From Octopus bimaculoides (lineage: Eukaryota), in contig NC_068994.1 of assembly GCF_001194135.2 (NCBI RefSeq), positions 40,325,152 through 40,389,151 on the forward strand: a DNA stretch of 64,000 bases, in the 5' to 3' direction. Both the position numbers and the translations under genes were made by a program. Below the pieces are notes generated by a model. The model saw only the letters and a list, made by a program, of their open reading frames with translations, ran no database searches and was not told the DNA's origin. Of this stretch, positions 53,670 through 64,000 are shown piece by piece (position 1 is the first letter of the stretch; every line of letters starts with the position of its first letter).

Positions 53670-55468
53670 AGACAGTGTAGAAGAGACAAATTGTTGGTGA
53701 AATGATTTCAAATAAAAAGACAACTGACTCCGTATTTGGCACTATAAAGTTTTAAAAGCCAACTGCACACTATCATTTTAGAAGTAGAAGCCATGCTGAA
53801 AACTTTCCGAAACAAAAGTAGTCAGTAATTTTACCATATTGCCGTGTTCTTCCAGTCTGTTGGCTAATTGGTAATAAATCTACATTTCTACAATGTAATG
53901 GTCTTAAACATACAGTTGTGAGTAATAAAACATAATTGAGTAGAAAATGTGGAAAATGTGGAAAGAGAATATTGGAAATAATGGAACGGCAATTGTTCGG
54001 AAGACTAATTGTTTAAAGTAAATTGGATAGAAAAGATTGAGTTGAAACTTAAACTGATACCAACAAATTTTATGTGCATTTTATGACCTCAGCAAACCAA
54101 CTAGGAATGTTTATAATTTGAAGAGCCATTAAATTGAATCTTGAAAACCATAAGACCGTTTTTTTTTTTTTTAAATAGACATTTTTTTTTTTTAAAGTAA
54201 ATATTTAAATTTCATGCTGTGTTGTATTTATTGATAATTTCATTGGTGAATGGCAAGGTATTTTTTTTATTTAATGTGATATTTAGTTAAAACAAAACTG
54301 AATATCACCAGAAATGTTGGGGGTGGTTTAGGTAGAAAAAAAATTTATAGATGGAAAATAGATTAAGCTTGAGCTATTTGTTCTGAGAAGGTACAATGTA
54401 AGAAGATTGTTAATGTTTTCCCCCATTTTTAGGTGCAAGACTTGTTTAGTAAAAGAAGATAGTATAATTTAATTATTTTTTTGGTTTTTACTACATTGCT
54501 GTTGCTTATTTGTTGTTGTAGTTTGTGTTATTTTTTAAGCTCTATGCCAGTTCTGACTGGCCAGACATATGAATCAAACATCAGGCCAGCATTGACCATC
54601 TTATGGTTAGCTTGTTGGACTCAATTATGAGATTGAGGGGTTTTATTTCCAGATTAGGTGATACATTGTGTTCTTAAGCAAGGCACTTCATTTCCCCTTT
54701 ATACATACCTCTAATCCATTCATTCAGCCAAAAATGAGTTGCACTTGCAGTAGAATGGTTTATTGCAGATTATTAGCTACTAAATCTTGCTAACGTACTC
54801 ATTAGAAATTAACAGCCTTTGAAGGACACTGAATGAAGATTTAAGATTGCATTATACCATTATCCTTACCTTTGTTTCCAAAACTGCTAGATGCCATACA
54901 AAGGAATTTAGTGACTATTTCTTGCACACCATGCAGCCTTATAGATTCTTATCTTGGTGCTTATTTTACTGATACTGATAAAAGGATGGACAAATTGACC
55001 CTTTAGAAATTAAAATCTATATGAAGAAATGAAACCATCCAAGAATATTTATTTCAATATTTCACTGTCTTAGCTGACCGTTCCCAATCTCTCATCTATG
55101 ATCATTTGAATGCATCCTTACCTTTGTTTTCAAAACTGCAAGATGCCATACAAAGGAGTTTAGTAATTAGAAATCTTAAGAGATGCAAAACAGGAACAAA
55201 TTCGGAAATAAGTTCCTTATTGTTTTATAGATGTTTTATTACAACAGAAATTATACATGTTGCATACTATTACTCATTCAAGTTTGTAAAAATCGTAGTT
55301 TATATAACAAACAGTTATGTATGCTTAAATATTTATATTTGCTCACTAACTCATATATACACACACACACATACAAACACAAAATTATGTGTCTATGTAT
55401 ACATATATGTCATATATAAACATACACACATATATCTGTATATGTATATATGTATGTATGTATATATT

Positions 55469-55547
<79 letters not shown>

Positions 55548-55698
55548 AGAGAGAGAGAGAGAGAGAGAGAGAATTGTATTTGACAAGTTTGAAAGACGAA
55601 TGAAAGCGTTAATATGAAAATGAAGATATAATATAAGAAAAAAAATTTTTTCCAAATTTCTGACGACTTTTTTTCAATATTCAATTCTGTACATCACA

Positions 55699-55754
<56 letters not shown>

Positions 55755-57072
55755 ACATATATATATAAATATTCTATAATTATAGGCATAATTATAATTA
55801 GGGCTGGGATTGCAATACCCTAGGAATACACTGTGATACACTAACAGGGTGCTAGTGCATCACAGGGTTAAGCCTTAGCTGGGGCAAATATTTATTTTCA
55901 ACTGAAAAAACTGAAGCAATGCAAAATGAAGAATTTTGCTCATACAAACCATTCAGTCAGAAAATTGAAACCTCAACCCTACAATTGTGAGTACAGTAAT
56001 CTAATCAGAAGACCATGTGTCAAAGTAACATGAAGATGATGCATAATGATATCAAATGCTTAATAATGTATCAAGAAGCTACATTTCTTTTTTTTTTTAA
56101 GTGTGGAATGAACAAAAAACCTGCAAGACTTATCGTTTTCAAAAGTAGTTTTAATATAAGTGAAACATACTCTGTCAAAATTAAACAACAACTCACATTG
56201 AGAATAATTGTCACAATAAAAACAGCTGCTAAAAACTCCGTGTATTTGAAATTTAGCAGCAGGTGTTTCCTTGGAATACACACAAACACACACACGTACA
56301 TATATAATATCCCTCCTCCGTTTACTGTAATATTTTAATATCTAGTTAAAATATAGTTTGTAACCATTCCAAGTATTATTCCTCTGTTGTTGTTTTTGTT
56401 TTTCCAAAGTTGCTAGAGATGATGAAAAAAAGCATTAAAAAAAAAACACAATAAACAGTGACTACAGGGCAATTTCTAGTACTCATATTTCAATGAAATA
56501 ACATTTTATTTATATTACAAATTATATATCATTATTCATTATTATTTATATTAGATGAAGGTGGCAAGCCGGCAGAATCATTAGCATGATATTTCATCCA
56601 ACTCTTTACATTCTGAGTTCAAATTCTACAAAAGTTGACTTTATCTTTCATCCTTTCTGGGTCAATAAAATATATACCAGTTTGAGCACTGGGGTCAATG
56701 TACTCAACTGATCTCCCTCTCCCACAAAAATTACTAGCTTCGTGCCAAAATTTGAAATCGTTATTATTTGTATTACAGTAATAATTCATTGTGTTTCTTG
56801 TGGAGAAGAAGAATAACAAAAACAAGAAAACCAACAAACTGAAAAGCCACCTGTAATATTGTGGCATTTCAGAAAATGACATGAGATTCAGATATTTTAC
56901 ACTTACATGGTGCATGCACTGACGTGTCGCTAAGAAGTTTGCTATGCAATTTTATGATTTTGGAACACATTGCATGGCACTTGGGTAAGTATTTTCTACT
57001 AAGGTTTTGGACTGACCAATGTCTTGCAAGCAAGAAGTTGCATGGAAAGCCAGTTTTGTGCATATATATACA

Positions 57073-57919
57073 CAGGGTGCAATGGTTAAATTGTCATAAT
57101 TTTACATTTTTAATTTCATGCATGCACATTGTTTGTTTTTGATTTTGTCTACTACACAGTATTGGAGGGTCAGTTGGGCACCATCTGTGAGAAAAATAGA
57201 ACCATGGTGCAATTCATTCTGCCAGAAATTTGGAAACGACATGCTGTACTGCTTGGCATTCCTGCCAGAAGCTCCAGTATGAACAGATGGTGAACACACA
57301 AAACAACCGTTGACTTGCTGTGTGCCCAAAACATATACTGAGAGTGATAAAAATAAAACATCCAGTCAACATTATTGTGTTTGGAGTGATCACTAGTGAT
57401 GGTGACGTTATGCTTCCATTCATCTTCCCATACGACCTCACACTCAACATGGAGGCCTGCATTAAGTGCCTCGAGGAGGTAGCCTACCCTGGGTCAAGAA
57501 GCTAGTTGCTGGAAGTCCCTATGTCTGGCAACTGGACTCTGTACCATGCCACACAAGCAGGAGACCACATTACCCCTAACATCTGGCCACCTAAATCCTC
57601 AGACTGTAACCCCTTTGTTGATTATGTGTGGGGCACAATTGAGTGAGAGACCAATTAAACTCCTTGTAACACCAAAGATGAACTGAAAGCAAGGATTATG
57701 GCAGCATTCACCACAAGGAGACCATCCAGAAGAATTGCAGGAGATTCCAAGGCTGTCTTGAGGCTGTCGTTGAAGCCAATGGTAATTTTATTGAATAAAT
57801 CTACTCTTTAGCATTTCAAGATATTTTTATGTAATTTTGGTAAATATCTGTTAAGATGAGATGTCAGTGTTATTTTCATTTTTGCATAATTTAGGTGGCA
57901 ATATATTCACTGCACTCTG
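57073..57919 (+). mobile_element. Internally deleted Tc1/mariner-superfamily transposon (maT/rosa-like)
   Basis: Imperfect TIRs CAGGGTGCAATGGTTAAATTGTCA / reverse complement CAGAGTGCAGTGAATATATTGCCA, with TA on the right flank. Transposase remnants HPVNIIVFGVITSDGDVMLPFIF, YVWQLDSVPCHTS and IWPPKSSDCNPF.DYVWG. Confidence 0.85.
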
Positions 57920-58780
57920 TAATACACACACACACACACACACACGCACACACACACACACACACACNNNNNNNNNNATATATATATATATATATACATA
58001 CAAGAATAAGGGCAGGGAATCGTCAATTAATAATAGAATTAATAATTAACAATTTTGCCAAGTAGTTCAGTATGAAAAAACCTTTATCGGTAAAACCATT
58101 TATCATCATAAATATACAGGGATTAGCATTGAGTTGCTTCTCCAACATACTGAAAATTTAGAAATAGCAGTCAAAGAACTACTGATTCTAAACTACACAT
58201 TTTTCTCTAAACGGGTGGCGATATTTATGGCGCACATAGAAATATATATATACATATATACTCTTTTACTCTATTACACATTTCAGTTATTTGACTGTGG
58301 TCATGCTGGAGCACTGCCTTTAGTTGAAGAAATCAATCCCAGGACTTATCCTTTGTAAGCTTAGTACTTATTCTATCGGTTATTTTGCTGAACCGCTAAG
58401 TTTTATGGCCATAAACACACCAACATCAGTTGTCAAGTGATGGTGGGGGAAGAAACACACACATGGTTTCAGGTTCAGTCCCACTGTGTGGGCTGTGGAA
58501 AGGGTTGTGGCAGAATTGGTAGAGCATCAGACAAAATTGACTTTGTTGTCTATAATTTCTGAGTTCAAATCATAGCATAAGTCACTGACTTTGCCTGTCA
58601 TACTTCTAAGATTGATAAAGCAGAGAATCAGTCCAGTCTAGTGCTGGGGTCTATTGAATTGACAGTATGCATTCCTCTAAATCTGAGGCTTGTCAGAAAT
58701 CATTATTACAATGCTGTGAGTTCAAATCTTACCAAGGATAACTTTTCACTTTACCCTGCTGGGGCTGATAAAATAATATA

Positions 58781-58973
58781 CTGTTCTATATTTAAGAGAT
58801 GAGGAATTATGTACACTATTTACATTATTTACATTTGATGGATATTTGTCCTCATCTTGTTTGTTGCTAACACAATGTTTCGGCTGATATACACTCCAGA
58901 CTTCATCAGGTGTCTTGGGGAAATTTCAAACCTGGGTTCTCATTCCTAAGGTATTTTCTCAATGTTGTTATTG

Positions 58974-59009
<36 letters not shown>

Positions 59010-59080
59010 TCACTGCCTGGAATTGAACTCGGAATCTTGTGGTTAGTAGCTTGCGCTCTTAACCACTACGCCATATGCCC
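58781..59080 (-). mobile_element. tRNA-headed short element with internal (AAT)n and hammerhead-like motif
   Basis: Minus strand from 59080: GGGCATA-TGGCGTAGTGG (A box)..GAGTTCAATTCC (B box), then (AAT)n and a body carrying CTGATGA..CGAAAC. Confidence 0.7.
58869..58914 (-). ncRNA. Type I hammerhead-like motif inside a tRNA-headed repeat
   Basis: Minus strand: GACAC-CTGATGA-A-GTCTG-GAGTGTATAT-CAGCC-GAA-ACAT-T-GTGTT. Core intact; stem I GACAC/GTGTT; stem II has one mismatch; ACAT is one transition away from the palindrome ACGT. Confidence 0.6.
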
Positions 59081-59104
59081 ACGGGCATATGGCATAGTGG
59101 TTAA
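59059..59104. repeat. 22-bp hairpin with 2-nt loop (head-to-head duplication of a tRNA-like 5' end)
   Basis: ttaaccactacgccatatgccc-ac-gggcatatggcatagtggttaa, one mismatch. Confidence 0.9.
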
Positions 59105-59447
59105 TGTACTAATCAAATGTCGGGGTCAGTTTAAGTGACTAGACCTTGACTTTATTTATTCATTTATTTTATACCACAATTTGTAAGAAATGACAGTATT
59201 GGTTGCAGATTCACAAAGGGCTAATTACTGGGTTACTGTATTTATGATGATGTGAATGACATTCCATGTGGAACAAATATTTTAAGGATCTTCATTCATA
59301 AAGCAACTGGCTTTTAGTTTTGTCACTAATATTTACATATTTTACTAATATGCATACATACACACGTACATACATAAACACATGCATACATAAATACATA
59401 CTCACACATACATAAATTCATACAAACACACATACATACACTCATAC

Positions 59448-59549
<102 letters not shown>

Positions 59550-60153
59550 ACATGTACATGCACACAAACACATATGGGCACACACACATATATGCATACG
59601 CATATTACCAATAAAGTTTGTAAGCAGAACAGTAAAATTGTGCAAGACTTTTCTCAAGTTTGAGGCATGAATTAGTTTTTATCTTCATTCCAATGATGAA
59701 GCTTTGTATCATTGTTAGAAACCAACTCCTTACATGAAGATGCCAAACAGTTGAAAACAGGAGAGAATGCATACATATATACATATACATCATGCTTTTG
59801 TAAAGCCTCTGTTTACGAAATTTGTTTTGCAAGTTATTGGACAAGCTGAATTCATTATGCAAAACACTTGTCAAGGTCTGGTGCCTTGGAATTGAACCCA
59901 GATCAATGTGGTTGAAACATAACCTTCCTTAATGTATATATAAAACACAGATCCTTTATTTTCATAAGAGTGAACAACTGAGGTTTTGGTTCAAGCAAGA
60001 ATACAGAGTTTGTCAAATGAGAGTTAGGTTGCAGTAGAGTGTGAATAAATAAGCAGAATTGTCCACAACATATTTCAGCAATATATTGAGACAAACACAT
60101 ACAAGCAGACACAGACATACATTCATACACACACACACAAACACACAAACACA

Positions 60154-60198
<45 letters not shown>

Positions 60199-61286
60199 AC
60201 TCTCACACATGCCATGCACACACATATGCACTTATACACACACATACAAGCATGCACACAAACACGCACACATGTGCACACACACACAAACACACTCTTA
60301 CACATGCCATGCACACATACATGCACACATGCATGCACACACAAATGCACACAAGCATACATATATGCATGCACACATGTACACACACATATATAATATA
60401 CACATACACACATATAATATATAAATATGATACATATATTACACACACACAAACACACACACGCACACACACATCCATATTGTTGTATGTATTATTATAT
60501 TGTTTGTGGAATTTACGAGAGGAAGTCGAATAATTAGTGTTCTGAGTTACTATATTTTTATATATATTTGCATAAACGCCTAGATTACTTTTTGTCAAAA
60601 ACAGACACTGAGTTAGATTACCAATGGTGCAACAGAGGGTGATTGCTTACCTACAGTTTGTTTATGAGATGATGGTAGATCACCTGCACAGTATTCCGGA
60701 GTTATGTTGTCCAGTAGTATATCTGACAGAACCAGAGTGTTTGCCATATTTGAGATATTTTTATATATTATCTTCAATATACCAAAGTGATTTAGTTTGT
60801 TGTGAAGTATGTCAAAGGGAATAGGATTAACTGCAGTATGTCAAATGGGGCCATATTGACTGCAGTATATGAGATAAAGCTAAATTGACTGATGATTTAC
60901 GAAAATAGAAAAAAGAGCTACTTTTGCTGCAATATTTCATAAAAGAGAAGGAAGACTGCCTGCAGTATGCTAGAGAAAGTTACATTTATAGATCACCAGA
61001 AGAAAAGACGACAATAAGTTAATAAAACAAACTGTGTAAGTTATTTTAGCCAATAAGCAAGACCTAAATATTATTTGCATTTCTTTCTTCAGTCTTATAT
61101 GAAACTCTAATATTAGATGGAAATATGTGTTAAGCTTAATTTGAACTTAATATCTGTTGTTTTAGACAAAGTATAAAGTCATCAAAGAGAATATTAATGA
61201 CTTTTTTTTTGTTTGTTTTGACAAAACTGCAGGTTAATTTTATAAGTGACAAAGCATAACCAAATTGAATAAACACTGGCTTATTA

Positions 61287-61292
61287 TTTATT
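61287..61292 (-). promoter_or_regulatory. Possible polyadenylation signal for an unspliced short protocadherin isoform
   Basis: AATAAA on the minus strand about 280 nt after the stop at 61573. The hexamer is common in AT-rich DNA. Confidence 0.25.
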
Positions 61293-61572
61293 TTAGCAAA
61301 TTTAACTATTGTTAAAAATTTAAAACCAGATGAGTAAATAACAGTTACAATAAAACTGTAAATATGTAAACTAGCTCTTTCTTAATTGTTAGTCTATGTT
61401 GGAATTCTTTACATTTCTAGCAGTTCTAATCAGTTTGGTTTAATGTATAAAGTTAGTTGATATAACATGTAACACACAGTTTTCAGGAAGAGGAAAAGTA
61501 AATTAAAAACAAAATTAAAAACAAAAAAAGAATAAGAGTTTAAAAAGCAAGGATCAGACAAAAAGGATTTAA

Positions 61573-64000
61573 TTATAATTTTAAAACAGAAAAAATTCTC
61601 ACCTGATGAATTCCACTTGAAAGAGTATCACAATGAATTTCTATTGGAGTATCTTTACCATCATAGCATAAAGGGTGTCTTGTGGATAGATTATCTCTGG
61701 GCCATATAAGATGTGGGTCTTCACCTTTTTCTATACTTAATAATACATCTGGACTCTCATGTTTGGAAGAAACTTGTTTTGCACAGGAATATCCTGAAAG
61801 GCTTCCTTTGTCCACTAATTTCTTTGAAGGGTCTATTCCACATTTATAATGTGTTTTCTGTTGGTTGTTTCTCCTGACAATGCACACAGTAATGGAAACA
61901 ACCAGTAATACAGAAACTGTCACTGCTGCCACTATGATTATGATGAATAAATTGATGTGTATTTTATCATTGGATTGAAACTGCACTGCTGTCATCTTGG
62001 TTGATGTTTTGTTACTGACAGTTAGAGTCATAGATAACGTGGTTTTTGCTGTCAGAACTGGAGTTCCACTGTCTTTGACAATGAACTTGAGATTATATAA
62101 GCCAGCATCATTTTGGTAAACTGTTCGAGAAAAAGACAGAACTCCTGTGTAAGGATTAACTGCAAACAACTGTCGGTTATTTCCTTCCAGGATTTCATAC
62201 TTCAGAAAAGCATTTTGTCGATTATCTCTATCTGAGGCTTTCAGAACTGTAATGTCGTTTTTGCTCTGCGGGTTATAATAAACATCCAAGCTGAATGGGT
62301 CGACACTAGGAAAGGTAAAATAAGGAGGATTGTCATTTTCATCTAATACTTCTATAACAACATCTGCTGTGTTGCTAAGCTGAGGATTTCCATTATCTTT
62401 AACTAAAACTCTGAATTTAAAAACATCTTGTTGCTCATGGTCCAAAGATCGAGTTGTAGTAATAAAACCAAGGTTAGAAATCTTAAAGGGTAAAGCTTGG
62501 TTTACTTGAGTGAGTAAAGAGAAAGTTAACTGACCTCCAAGACCAAGATCTGGGTCAGTAGCATTTATGAATCCAACTGGAAAGTTTGGTTTCTCATTTT
62601 CATAAGTTAAAAACTTATAGACATCTTTTGTAAATTGTGGCTGAACATCATTAACATCCATTACTTGGATGGAGAACTTTCTTTCAGTTTTCAGAGATGG
62701 AAATCCTTTATCTTTACATGAAATGGTAAAATTGATTTGACTTTCAGTCTCACGATCAACTGCTTTTTTCACTGATACTTTGTATCTTTTCTGACCAAGA
62801 CTCTGGAGAGTGAACTTATTATGCTGGAGGTCACATGTCACTTGTCCATTCAAACCAATATCATTGTCAACAACTTTCACATATGCAATGAAGCTGCCAA
62901 CTTCCATTGCTTCAGATATTGTTGCTGTATTTCCAGTTAATTCTGAGAAATTTATATCTATTACTGGAGCATTATTTTGCTGGTTAATAACATTTACTAA
63001 AACCATTGCAATAGAGCTGAGTGGAGGTTTGCCTCCATCTTTAGCCTCAATAAATAACTTATAAGTCTGCTTTTTTTCTGGACTAAAGTCCTCGTGTTGA
63101 TAGATCTGACCAGTTCTTCTATGCAATTTGAAATACGATTTCGCAATATCAGTTGTTTTTGAACTGAAATAGTAAGATATATTCCCATTTGGACCAGAAT
63201 CAAGATCAGTTGCTGACAGAGTAATGATTGGTGTATTTCTCTGTCTTTTATTCACTGTAACATTGTAGACATTTTGTGAGAATACTGGTGGACTATCATT
63301 GACATCGGAGACTGTTATTTCAACATTCAAGACACATTTCTTAGATGGAGTGCCTCCATCTTTTGCAACTACTTTCAAGTTGTATGTATCTTGCATTTCT
63401 CTGTCTAATTTATTTTCTAAAGTGATTCTCAGAGAATAGGAACCGTCCACACGTTTTGAGACGTCAAGTTTGAAAGGTTCTTCTTGTTTTTTTATCAAAT
63501 GATAAATAATCTGGGAATTTAAAACACTGACATCTTTATCGACTGCATTAGGTAAGGATATACTTGAACCTCTGCCATCTCTCTCAGAAAACTGAATGCT
63601 AATAGTTTTATTTGGAAACTCTGGTGGGTGTTCATTAACATCTTCTATTATTACTTTTATTTCAAGTATTTTCACAAAAGATTTTCTTCTCCGAACAGCA
63701 ATGTCAACCATTTGGAAACATTCTGTATTATATTTACAGAGAGCTTCAGCATCTAGTGTCTGTGCAGTATAAAGTTTCCCAGCTTTTGTAACATTGAATA
63801 GTGGAGAGCTTTCTGTCAATTCTTTCTGTAATTGACTGAAGCTAATTGACTTATAGTCCTCGACTGGAATACTGTCCATCATATGAGTGTCAACACTGAT
63901 ATCTCCAAGGTAAGTGTTGGCACTCATTCCTTCTTTCACGTAATAGATGAAATCAACACAATAGCAGGTTTGCATGAAAAGCAAGATTTTAATGACAACC
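61573..64000 (-). CDS. Pcdh: Protocadherin large exon: signal peptide (start codon just outside the window), 6 cadherin repeats, TM helix, proximal cytoplasmic tail
   Basis: 803-aa ORF. The frame stays open to the window edge (VVIKILLFMQTCYC|VDFIYYVKEG), so the true ATG lies beyond 64000. Cadherin motifs: LDAE, DVNEHPP, AVDKD, LDRE, AKDGG, DVNDSPP, ATDLDSG, VDRE, DVNDVQP, ATDPD, LDHE, DENDNPP, SDRD, VKDSG. EC1 has C-X5-C (CKYNTEC). TM segment INLFIIIIVAAVTVSVLLVVSITVCIV at 61876-61956. The whole ectodomain plus TM in one exon is the protocadherin layout. Symbol is family level only. Confidence 0.97.
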   Translation of the reverse strand, partial: VVIKILLFMQTCYCVDFIYYVKEGMSANTYLGDISVDTHMMDSIPVEDYKSISFSQLQKELTESSPLFNVTKAGKLYTAQTLDAEALCKYNTECFQMVDIAVRRRKSFVKILEIKVIIEDVNEHPPEFPNKTISIQFSERDGRGSSISLPNAVDKDVSVLNSQIIYHLIKKQEEPFKLDVSKRVDGSYSLRITLENKLDREMQDTYNLKVVAKDGGTPSKKCVLNVEITVSDVNDSPPVFSQNVYNVTVNKRQRNTPIITLSATDLDSGPNGNISYYFSSKTTDIAKSYFKLHRRTGQIYQHEDFSPEKKQTYKLFIEAKDGGKPPLSSIAMVLVNVINQQNNAPVIDINFSELTGNTATISEAMEVGSFIAYVKVVDNDIGLNGQVTCDLQHNKFTLQSLGQKRYKVSVKKAVDRETESQINFTISCKDKGFPSLKTERKFSIQVMDVNDVQPQFTKDVYKFLTYENEKPNFPVGFINATDPDLGLGGQLTFSLLTQVNQALPFKISNLGFITTTRSLDHEQQDVFKFRVLVKDNGNPQLSNTADVVIEVLDENDNPPYFTFPSVDPFSLDVYYNPQSKNDITVLKASDRDNRQNAFLKYEILEGNNRQLFAVNPYTGVLSFSRTVYQNDAGLYNLKFIVKDSGTPVLTAKTTLSMTLTVSNKTSTKMTAVQFQSNDKIHINLFIIIIVAAVTVSVLLVVSITVCIVRRNNQQKTHYKCGIDPSKKLVDKGSLSGYSCAKQVSSKHESPDVLLSIEKGEDPHLIWPRDNLSTRHPLCYDGKDTPIEIHCDTLSSGIHQVRIFSVLKL
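61597..61605 (-). promoter_or_regulatory. 5' splice donor (phase 0) ending the protocadherin exon after codon Q794
   Basis: Minus strand reads CAG|GTGAGA, with the exon ending at 61603. AT-rich intron-like sequence follows and the frame stops 9 codons later. Confidence 0.75.

Noticed and set aside
59005-59080. tRNA gene
   Set aside because: It has A and B boxes but no acceptor-stem closure or full cloverleaf, and it continues into a repeat body. Treated as a SINE-like head, as are the 19341 element and families A and B.
60889-60908. CTGATGA-TTTAC-GAAAA
   Set aside because: Core words present, but no helices or cleavage triplet.
61603-61625. CTGATGA..GAAA on the plus strand at the protocadherin exon end
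   Set aside because: It is the antisense of coding sequence and the donor site, with no supporting stems.
62810-63203. Small ORFs overlapping the protocadherin (62810-63064 +, 62997-63203 -)
   Set aside because: Antisense or alternative-frame shadows of the real CDS, with no independent features.

Overview
AT-rich, gap-riddled eukaryotic scaffold dominated by microsatellites and interspersed repeats. The repeat families and protocadherin type point to a coleoid cephalopod, most likely Octopus; this is inference, not a database result. The only secure gene is the large exon of a protocadherin on the minus strand at the right edge (61573 to beyond 64000). It encodes a signal-peptide remnant, six cadherin repeats, a TM helix and a short cytoplasmic tail, and ends in a CAG|GTGAGA donor 9 codons before an in-frame stop. 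The remaining 61 kb contain no further cadherin exon. They hold tRNA-derived SINEs, remnants of RTE, CR1, R4/Dong-like and L2-like LINEs, two Tc1/mariner remnants, and a candidate two-exon 3' end of an unidentified minus-strand gene (25.9-27.1 kb). The most unusual signal, found by reading the non-coding DNA, is a series of minimal type I hammerhead-ribozyme-like motifs. One is nearly canonical (22475-22518); the others are degenerate or half motifs. Several sit in small repeats anchored in TA microsatellites and carrying fold-back inversions, and one lies inside an element with a tRNA-like head. This suggests several non-autonomous Penelope-like or retrozyme-like families. Nearly all other supplied ORFs are microsatellite or N-gap artefacts. 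All alignments, folds and splice calls were made by eye and need computational confirmation.
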